Of a stretch of DNA of 64,000 nucleotides, positions 23,327 to 32,919 are shown piece by piece. The notes under the pieces are model-generated. The model was not told where the DNA came from and did not search any database. It saw only the letters and a program-made list of their open reading frames with translations. The position numbers were made by a program, and so were the translations under genes. Source of the stretch: Squalus acanthias (lineage: Eukaryota). How positions within the stretch are numbered: position 1 is the stretch's first letter; each line of letters starts with the position of its first letter. Location: assembly GCA_030390025.1 (NCBI GenBank), contig CM059432.1, positions 23,438,001 to 23,502,000 of the forward strand, read 5' to 3'.

Positions 23327-26300
23327 CATAGAATCATAGAATGGTTACAACACGGAAGAAGGCTATTCGGCCCATCGAGCCCGTGTCGGCTCTCTGCAAG
23401 AGCACTTCAGCTAGTCCCACTCCCCCGCCCTTTCCCCGTAGCCCTGCAAATTTCTTTCCTTCAGATACTTATCCAATTCCCTTTTGAAAGCCATGTTTGC
23501 ATTTGCCTCCACCAACCTTTCCGGCAGTGCATTCCAGATCTTAACCACTCGCTGCGTAAAAACGTTTTTTCTTATGTCGCCTTTGGTTCTTTTGCCAATC
23601 ACCTTAAATCTGTGTCCTCTGGTTCTTGAGCCTTCTGCCAATGGAAACAGTTTCTCTCGATCTACTCTGTCCAGACCCCTCATGATTTTCAACACCTCTA
23701 ACAAATCTCCTCTCAATCTTCTGTGCTCCAAGGAGAACAACCCCAGGTTCTCCAGTCTATCAACGTAACTGAAGTCCCTCATTCCTGAAATCATTTTCGT
23801 AAATCTTTTCTACACCCTCTCTAAGGCCTTCAGATCCTTCCTAAAGTGTGGTGCCCAGAATTGGACACAGTACTCCAGTTAGGGCCGAACCAGTGTTTTA
23901 TAAAGGTCCATCATACTTTCCACACTTTTGTACTCACTGGGGAAGAAATTCGGTATCACCCCGTTTAGGGCGCAATTATCGGCCGGGCGCAAAGTTTAGC
24001 GCCTGGCGCTAATTATCACCTCCGACTGCAAACTTGGCTTCTATCGCCCCTGGAGGTGATTGGAGCGCTAAATCAGGCGCTATACACCTCTCTTAAGGCG
24101 CTAACGCCGAGGAGCGAGGCGCTACCTCAGAGCGCTGGCGAAGCTCATGTGATGTCAGTCAGCAATGGAACACAGACACACTGGCGCCGCACAGTTCTTG
24201 CTCTCCACCCACACCCTGCTCATTGCAGCCTTGAATCTCGGCCTGGAGAGACCTGTACATCAAATCTGCTGGAAAGAACAATGGAGAGACCCAGGGAAAG
24301 AGCTCAGAGTGCAGTCCCCATAGTCTCTTCTAAATCGATGCAAGGAAGGTCAAATCAAAATGAACCTGCAAAGTGCTGCTCAGTACCCAAAACTCCTTCA
24401 CACAGCGTTGAATCTCTCCAGAAGTCTCTCTCTCTCTCTCAGAATGCATGGTGCAAAAAGGTCGCCGACAAACAAAAGGCAGGAAGTGGTCACCTTTAAA
24501 TAGCGCTCCCCCAGTCCCTTTCCGACTGCAAAACGCTCCCCTCAACCTGTCGTTGCTAGCAGCAGGCAGTAAGGCAGGGGGCTCCACTCAATATCCGGTC
24601 CGGGGCACTACCAGGGCGTTGCACGCTCGACTGACGTCATGATCTGCGGGCGCAGGAGATCGTGGCGGTAGTGTTTAGCGCCGTCGCAAAATGTCTGGTC
24701 AATTTCGCGAGCGGCGCAAACATCGCCGTGCCCGGGCACTAGTTGCTTTGAGCCCCATTAGTGCCCTCTTAGGGCGCTAACGGGAGGCACAAAACAACCA
24801 AATTTTTCCCCCTATACCTCTATTCATGAAGCCCAGGATCCCATAAGCCTTTTTAACCGCTTTCTCAACCTGCCCTGACACCTTCAACGATGTGTGCACA
24901 TATACCCCCAGGTCTCTCTGTTCGTGCACCACCTTCAGGATTGTACCATTTAGTTTATATGTCCTCTCCTCATTCTTTCTACCTAAGTGTATCACTTCAC
25001 ACTTTTCTGCGTTTAATTTCATCTGCCATGTGTCCGCACATTCATCCAGCCTGTCTATGTGTTCTTGAAGTCTATCACTATTCTCCTCACTGTTCACTAT
25101 ACTTCCAAGTTCTGTGTCATTTGAAAATTTTGAAATTGTGCCCTGTACACCCACGTCCAAGTCATTAATATATATCAAGAAAAGCAGTGGTCCTAGAACC
25201 GACTCCTGGGGAACACCACTGTATACCTTCCTCCAGTCCGAAAAACAACTGTTCACCACTACTCTCTGTTTCCTATCACTTAGCCAATTCCGTATCCATG
25301 CTGCCACTGTCCCTTTTATTCCATGGGCTTCAACTTTGCTGGCAAGCCTATTATGTGGCACTTTGTCGAACGCCTTTTGGAAATCCATGTACACTACGTC
25401 AACTGCATTACCCTCATCAACGCTCTCTGTTACCTCATCAAAGAACTCAATCAAGTTAGTTAAACATGATTTGCCTTTAACAAATCCCTGCTGGCTTTCC
25501 TTAATTAATCCACACTTGTCCAAGTGACTGTTAAGTTTGTCCCTGATTACTGTTTCTAAAAGCTTCCCCGCGACCGAGGTTAAACTGACTGGCCTGTAGT
25601 TGCTGGGTTTAACTTTACACCCTTTTTTGAACAATGGTATAACATTTGCAATTCTCCAGTCCTCTGGCACCACCCTCGTATCTAAGGAGGATTGGAATAT
25701 TATGACCAGTACCTGCGTGATTTCTTCCTTCACTTCCCTCAGCATCCTAGGATGCATTCCAACCGGTTCTGGTGACTTATCTTCTTTAAGTACAGCCAGC
25801 CTTTCTAATACCTCCTCTTTATCAATTTTTATCCTGTCAAGTATCTCCACTACCTCCTCCTTTACTATGTTCATGGCAGCATCCTCTTCCTTGGTGAAGA
25901 CAGATGCAAAGTACTCATTTAATCCCTCTGCCTCCATGCACAGGTCTCCTTTTTGGTCCCTAATCGAGCCCACCCCTCTACTTACTACCCTTTTAATATT
26001 TATATGCCTTTAGAAGACTTTTGGATTATCTTTTATGTTGGCTGCCATTCTATTCTCATACACTCTCTTTGCCCCTCTAATTTACTTTTTCACTTCTCCT
26101 CTGACCTTTCTATATATAGTCTGATTCCCAGATGTATTTGCAACCAGACATCTGTCATACGCGCTCTTTTTCTGCTTCATCATATTCTCTATCTCTTTCG
26201 TCATCCAGGGAGCCCTGACTTTAGTTGCCCTGCCTTTCCCCCTAGTGGGAATGTACCTCAACTGTACCTGAACTATTTCCCCTTTAAAGGCAGCCCATTG

Positions 26301-26334
26301 TTCCATTACAGTTTTGCCTGCCAATCTTTGATTC
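23327..26334 (-). mobile_element. CR1 LINE (ORF2 from after APE to the 3' end) with MITE insertion
   Basis: ORFs 26082-26324, 24777-25973 (NYRPVSLTS, DFQKAFDKV, VPQESVLGP) and 23411-23794; (CATAGAAT)n tail. Confidence 0.95.
23939..24812. mobile_element. Harbinger-type internal-deletion derivative (~870 bp)
   Basis: TIR GGGGAAGAAATTCGGT / ACCAAATTTTTCCCC. Interrupts CR1 between TTGTACTC and TATACCTCTATT. Many GGCGC/GCGCC subterminal motifs. No clean TSD. Confidence 0.85.
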
Positions 26335-26477
26335 TTTGAAAGTTAACATGCAGGTGCAGCAAGCAATTAAGAAAGCAAATGGTATGTTGGCCTTTATTAC
26401 AAGAGGATTTGAGTATAAGTGTAAAGATGTCTTATTGCAATTATATAGGGCCCTGCTGAGACCACACCTGGAATATT

Positions 26478-27241
26478 GGCCCAGAAATTAAACATTGATG
26501 GTTGCCGCGGGGGTAAGGATTCCCCGCGATATCGCACTCCGCGCCTACCTTTTTGTTTCGGGCCCACACGAACTTCAGTTTCAGGGCCTCTCCCTGTTGC
26601 CGGCGTGCAGTGCTTGCGTGTCCCAGAGGCGCAATTAGTTCGTGCGAGCTCTGGGATCACGTGGGACAGTTAGAGCCAATGGCAGCACACCATCTTTCAT
26701 TCATAGTTTTGACAGCAAGGGCTGTCAAAGCTATGAATACTACAAGCCCCCAAAAGAACAGCTAAACCTCAATTAAATTTAAAAAAAAGCCATCACATTA
26801 ATAAAATAACTATAGTTAAATAAATTAACCACTTTAAACAAAAATTTAAATTTTTGAAAAAATTTAAATTCTTTTTAAAAGTTATAAAAATAAACTTACC
26901 TTTCTTTAAAGTCTCTAAAAAAGATAAACCTGTTGAAAAAAATTTAAAATAACACTTAATTAACTACTTACCTTGTTAAAAGGGGGTCCTACACCTGCTT
27001 TCTTTATGTGTAAAATCTTCACCACTTACCTGCGCGTTCAAACCTGAAAAAAAAACTAAGTGCACTGCGTGCGCGCAGCCTGTAGTGCGCACGCGGTTCA
27101 CTTAGGAACCGCCCCCTTTGCAATACACGAAGTGCCGGTTTCCCGCGCATGCGCAGTGCATGCAGGAAACCGGCAATTCGGGACCTAATACGCGAGAGTA
27201 CACAGTGCATACTCTCGCGTATTAGGTCTAATTTTCGGGCC
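26478..27241. mobile_element. Harbinger-type MITE copy 2 (764 bp)
   Basis: TIR GGCCCAGAAATTA/TAATTTTCGGGCC; TSD ATT. Near-identical to 20224-20975. Confidence 0.93.
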
Positions 27242-27482
27242 ATTGTGTACAGTTTTGGTCTCCTTACCAAAGGAAGGATATTCTTGCCTTAGAGCGAGTG
27301 CAACAAAGGTTCAGCAGACTGATTCCTGGGATGGGGGGTTTGTCCTATGAGGAGAGATTGAGTAGACTAGGCCAATATTCTCTGGAGTTTAGAAGAATGA
27401 GAGTGATTTGAAACATACAAAATTCTTACAGGGCTTGACAGGGTAGATGCAGGGAGGATGTTTCCCCTGGCTGGGGAGTCTA

Positions 27483-27565
27483 AATTGAGAGGTCGCACAA
27501 CACCAGGTTATAGTCCAACAGTTTTATTTGAAATCACAAGCTTTCGGAGCTATCGATTGCTCCTT
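27483..27565 (-). repeat. Penelope-like terminal fragment with partial hammerhead
   Basis: Minus reads GAAGGAGC-AATCGATA-GCTCC-GAAAGCTT..AATAAA. Inserted in CR1 with TCTA on both sides. Confidence 0.7.
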
Positions 27566-28451
27566 CTAGAACCAGGGGTCACAGTCTCAGAATAAGGGGT
27601 CAGCCATTTAGGACTGAGATGAGGAGAAATTTCTTCACTCAGAGGGTGGTGAATCTTTGGACCACAACCTCTGGCTGTTCACATGCCCCCCTCAGAATGT
27701 TCTGCAGCCGCACGGTGACATCCTTGACCCTAGCAGCAAGGAGGCAACATACCATCCTAGAGTCACATCTACAGCCGCAGAAACGCCTGTCTGCTCCCCT
27801 AACTATCGAATCCCCTACCAATATTGCTTTCCCACTCTTCTTCCACCCCCCCCACTCCCTGCCGCCCCCCCCCGCCCCCCACCCCCCCCCGCCCCCGTAC
27901 AACTGAGCCACCCGTGGTGCCACAGACTTGGCTCTAGCTATACTCCTCAGAGGAACCATTGCCCTCACCAGTACTCAGAACCGAATACTGGTTGGAGAGC
28001 GAGATGCACTCAGGGGACTCCTGCACTACCTGCCTGGTCCTCCTCTTCTGTCTGGTGGTCACCTATTCCTTCTCTGCCTGTACACTCTTTATCTGTGGGG
28101 TGACCACCTCCTGAAACATGCTATCCATGAAGATCCCAGCCTTACGGATGCACCGCAGTGATGCCAGCTGCTGCTCAAGCTCCAGCTCCAAAATCCGGAG
28201 CTCGAGCTCCTCCAGCTGACGACACTTCCTGCACATGTGGTTGTCCAGGACACGGGAAAAGTCCTGGGGTCCCCACATGGCACAGGATGTGCATTCCACA
28301 GGACTGAGCTGCCCTGCCATGCCTTTAGTTAATAGGCTATTAACTAGAAACACTTACCAGCTACTCACCAATCAGCTCCTTCCCTGGTTGTGACGTCACT
28401 TTAGCTGTTTTGCAGTTGTTGCTTTTGTTGTTGTTGTTTTCGCTGGAGGTT

Positions 28452-28665
28452 CTCCGCCTCCTCACTGCCACCACCGCCGCTCCGGTCTGCGCTCTCTCTG
28501 GGCCTCCCGCTCGATTTATACTCCGCCTCCTCACTGCCACCACCGCCGCTCCGGTCTGCGCTCTCTCTGGGCCTTCCGCTCGATTTATACTCCACCTCCT
28601 TGCTGCCGTCGCTGCTCCGGTCTGCGCTCTCTCTGGGCCTCCCGCACCATTTATACTCTGCCTCC
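28452..28665 (-). repeat. 69-bp tandem repeat (~3 copies) in CR1 5'UTR
   Basis: Units start at 28452, 28521 and 28590; each has TATAAAT on minus. Confidence 0.9.
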
Positions 28666-28872
28666 TTTAAACGATTATTTTTACTTTTAATTTTTTGTTT
28701 TGATTAGTTTAGTTGAAGTTATTAATTCCATAAAGTTCTAGTAGTTAATACTCTCCCAGTTCTAAATTTAATCCACTTACCCAACCTAGAGAGCAAAAGA
28801 ACTGTAATACTCACCAACCAATCCCCTACCTGCAGTCCTGTGATGTCACTCCTTGTTTTTTTTAAGTCGCTG

Positions 28873-29462
28873 CTCAGCTCCCTTTATACCACCGCCGCCT
28901 CCACTGCTGCACCTCCCGCTCAGGTCCGCACTGTGTCCTGGGCCTGCTCCTCTCAGCTCCCTTTATACCACCGCCGCCTCCGCTCCAGCCGCTCCCGCTC
29001 GGGTCCGCACTGTGTCCTGGGCCTGCTCCTCTCAGCTCCCTTTATACCACCGCCGCCTCCGCTCCAGCCGCTCCCGCTCGGGTCCGCACTGTGTCCTGGG
29101 CCTGCTCCTCTCAGCTCCCTTTATACCACCGCCGCCTCCACTGCTGCACCTCCCGCTCAGGTCCGCACCGTGTCCTGGGCCTGCTCCTCTCAGCTCCCTT
29201 TATACCACCGCCGCCTCCGCTCCAGCCGCTCCCGCTCGGGTCCGCACTGTGTCCTGGGCCTGCTCCTCTCAGCTCCCTTTATACCACCGCCGCCTCCACT
29301 GCTGCACCTCCCGCTCAGGTCCGCACTGTGTCCTGGGCCTGCTCCTCTCAGCTCCCTTTATACCACCGCCGCCTCCACTGCTGCACCTCCCGCTCAGGTC
29401 CGCACTGTGTCCTGGGCCTGCTCCTCTCAGCTCCCTTTATGCCACCGCCGCCTCCGCTGCTG
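28873..29462 (-). repeat. 79-bp tandem repeat (~7.5 copies) at the CR1 5' end
   Basis: CTCAGCTCCCTTTAT recurs at 28873, 28952, 29031, 29110, 29189, 29268, 29347 and 29426. Confidence 0.95.
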
Positions 29463-29759
29463 CCGCTATAGAAATGTCTTCTGAAAATGCTGTAGAAAAC
29501 AACATGGCAGTAAGAGCAGGCCTGTTGTCTTGGGCACTAAAATTGAAGATATCTGTAGAAACAGCCAGCATGAATTAGGTTATGACAGCCATAAATAATC
29601 TTTTCATGAAATGAGAATAAGCCAGGTGTGGCATGGGCTTGAACGTGGAAATGTGTCCTTTCTGCTGAGCAGGGTAAGTGATTTGTTGCAGCATGCAATT
29701 CATTATCGCTAAGATCTGCTGAAACCACTCCAACCATGAGTACTGACGTTCTGATCAGG

Positions 29760-30045
29760 AAACAACAACAACAAACCTGTATTTATATAGTGACTTTAAT
29801 GTCGTAAAATGTCCCAAGGTGCTTCACAGGAGTATTATAAGACAAAAAATTTGACACTAGCCACATAAGGAGAAATTAGGGCAGGTGACCAAAAGCTTGG
29901 TCAAAGAGGTAGGTTTTAAGGAGCATCTTAAAGGAGGAAAGAGAATGTTTAGGCAGGGATTTCCAGAGCTTAGGGCCTAGGCAACAGAAGGCACGGCCAC
30001 CAATGGTTGAGCGATTATAATCAGAGGTGCTCAAGAGGGCACATT
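29760..30045 (-). mobile_element. L2 LINE 3' end
   Basis: (AAC)n tail; reverse complement of the 49120-49400 block. Confidence 0.88.
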
Positions 30046-30257
30046 AAAAGAGAAATTACTGCAGGTCAGGGGTCTGCATGGGTCAGCAGGGCATGACCCC
30101 ACCCCATCCCTCTGGGAACCTACACGCAGGCCTCTGCCGGAGTTTCAGCTGCCGAACAGTCCAAAGAGCGGCGAGCTGTGTTAGGACGCCTGTTTGGCGT
30201 CCGTCGCTCACTTGCCAAATTCAAATGAGGCCACAGCCTCAAAATGGGAACAGCCTG

Positions 30258-32495
30258 GCTGGCTGTTTTTCAGACTGGAGACAGGTAGACAGTAGTATTC
30301 CCAAGGATCAGTGCTGGGGCCACTGCTTTTTTTGATATATATAAATGACCTGGATATTGGAATACAGAGTAGAATTTCTAAATTTGCCGATGACACCAAA
30401 CTTGGGGGTGTTGCAAACAGTGATGATGATACCAATCGACTGCAACAGGACATAGAAAGGCTAGCAGAATGGGCAGATGGAATTTAAAGAAAGAAGTGTG
30501 AGGTTTTGGCAGAAGGAACAGGGAGAGGCAATATACACTTAATGGCACAGTTTTAAAGAGTGTGCAGGGACAGAGGGACCTGGGAGTTAATGTGCATAGG
30601 TCCCTGAAGGTGGCAGGACATATTGAGAGAGTGGTTAGCAAAGCATATGGGATCTTGGGCTTCATAAGTAGAGGTATTGAGTACAAAAGTAGAGAAGTTA
30701 TGCTGAACCTTTATAAAGCGCTGGTTAGGCCACAACTGGAGTATTGTGTCCAGTTCTGGTCACCACACTTCAGGAAGGATGTGAAGGCCCTTGAGAGGAT
30801 GCAGAAGAGATTTACCAGAATGGTTATGGGGATGGGGAATCTTAGCTATAAGGACAGGTTGGAGAAGCTGGATTTGTTTTCATTAGAGCAAAGGAGGTTG
30901 AGGGGTGATTTGATAGAGGTGTACAAGATTATGATGGGTTTGGATAGGCTAGATGGGGAAAGGCTGTTAACGTACGGACCGGAGTCAAGCAAGGCTCTGT
31001 CATCGCACCAACACTCTTCTCAATATTCCTGGCTGCAATGCTCCATCTCACCCTCAGTAAGCTCCCCGCTGGAGTGGAGCTAATCTACAGAAAAAATGGG
31101 AAACTGTTCAACCTCCATCGCCTCCAGTCCAGATCCAAGGTCGTCCCATCCTCTGTCATTGAATTACAGTATGTAGACGACGCTTGCGTCTGCGCACACT
31201 CTGAGGCCGAACTCCAAACCATCGTCAGCACCTTCACTGAAGCGTACGAGAGCATGGGCCTTACACTAACCATCCGTAAGACAAAGGTCCTTTACCAACT
31301 TGGCCCCGCCACACAGTAATGCTCCCCGATTATCAAAATCCATGACGAGGCCTTGGACAACGTGGACCACTTTCCATACCTCAGGAGCCTACTGTCAACA
31401 AAGGCAGACATCGATGACGAAGTCCAACACCGCCTTCAGTGTGCCAGTGCAGCCTTTGGTCACCTGAGGAAGAGAGTGTTTGAAGACCAGGACCTCAAAC
31501 CCAGCACCAAGCTCATGGTCTACAGAGCAGTAGTGATACCCGCCCTCCTGTATGCTTCAGAGACATGGACCATGTACAGCAGGCACCTCAAAGCACTGGA
31601 GAGGTACAACCAATGCTGCCTCCGCAAGATCCTGCAAATCCATTGGCAGGATAGGCGCACCAACGTCAGTGTTCTCGCTCAGACCAACATCCCCAGCATC
31701 GAAGCTTTGACCATGCTTGATCAGCTCCGATGGACGGGCCACATCGTCCGCATGCCTGATACGTGACTCCCAAAATAAGCGCTCTACTCGGAGCTCCGAC
31801 ATGGCAAGAGAGCCCGAGGTGGGCAGAGGAAACATTTCAAGGACACCCTCAAAGCCTCCTTGAAAAAGTGCAACATCCCCACGACACCTGGGAATCCCTG
31901 GCCCAAGACCGTACAAAGTGGAGGAGAAGCATCTGGGAAGCCGCCGAGCATCTCGAGTCTCTTTGCTGGGAGTAAGCGGAAGCCAAGCGCAAACAGCGGA
32001 AGGAGTGCACGTCAACCCAAGCACCCCACCCACCCTGCCCCTTCAACCACCGACTGCCCCACCTGTGACAGAGACTGTAGGTCCCGCATTGGACTCATCA
32101 GTCACCTGAGAACTCATTTTTAGTGTGGAAGCAAGTCATCCTCGGTTCCGAGGGACTGCCTAAGAAGAAGAAGAAGTTCCCACTAGTTGATGGTACAAGG
32201 ACTAGGGGACACAGATTTAAGATTTTGGGCAAGAGATACAGGGGGGATGTGAGGAAAAACGTTTTTACGCAGCGAGTGTTGATGACCTGGAATTCACTGT
32301 CGACGGAAGTGGTGGAAGCGGAGACACTCAATGTTTTCAAGGGGAGACTGGATAGGCACTTGAGGGAGATAAACTTGCAGGGCTACGGGGATAGAGCAGG
32401 GGAATGGGACTGACTGGATTGCTCTACAGAGAGCTGGCACGGTCTCGATGGGCCGAATGGCCTCCTTCTGTGCCGTTATGACTCTATGACTCTAT
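30258..32495 (+). mobile_element. CR1 LINE 3' half interrupted by RTE
   Basis: ORF 30562-.. QRDLGVNVHRSLKVAG..RPQLEYCVQFW, resuming FPLVDGTRTRGH at 32176; (ATGACTCT)n tail. Confidence 0.93.
30968..32175 (+). mobile_element. 5'-truncated RTE-clade LINE
   Basis: VRTGV(K)QG.VIAPTLF, ELQYVDD, VDHFPYL, QLRWTGH, C-terminal CPTC..H.RTH zinc finger, (GAA)n tail. Confidence 0.93.
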
Positions 32496-32919
32496 GGCGG
32501 CTGCCTCTTTGATCAGCGTGCTCCGCCAGTCGGCCATACAAAAGTCACAATCGATCCCAGTGAGTACGCAAATGAACAGGAGATGCTGCGGGATGTTGTG
32601 CCACATGAAATCACATACCGTGCTCCTGACATTTTATCTGTGAGAACTGTAGCTCTATTATTTCATTGTTAGCTGAACATTGGCTGCATTAGCAACATCT
32701 TTGACCTTTTATTATTTACACAGGTGTTGTATGTCTTGATTTGGCATTCCTGGTGGTAGATTCACTCACAAAGAAGGAGCTGGCATTTATTTGAGCATCT
32801 TATTATATCCTCAGCAACATCCCAAAGCGCTTTACAACCCCATGGCATTTTACAAGAGAGTTACAATTCTACTGATAATAACATGCCCGATTAAAATATG
32901 ATTGTTTTAATTTTGCATG

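Larger units (their letters stand above)
26335..27660 (+). mobile_element. CR1 ORF2 C-terminal segment with two insertions
   Basis: KKANGMLAFITRGFEYK..RPHLEY|CVQFWSP..MRRNFFTQRVVNLW. Confidence 0.9.
27661..29470 (-). mobile_element. CR1 5' region: tandem-repeat 5'UTR and ORF1 (zinc finger, coiled coil, SGNH esterase GDS motif)
   Basis: MAGQLSPVECTSCAMW..CRKCRQLEELELRILELE (ATG at 28320); AILVGDSIVRGADRRFCG..RMVCCL. Confidence 0.9.

Noticed and set aside
28873..29462. CRISPR-like array
   Set aside because: Units are contiguous near-identical tandem repeats with no unique spacers, in eukaryotic LINE context with no cas genes.
28840..29578. Long Pro/Ala-rich ORFs (214, 241 aa)
   Set aside because: Stop-free translations of the 79-bp tandem repeat.
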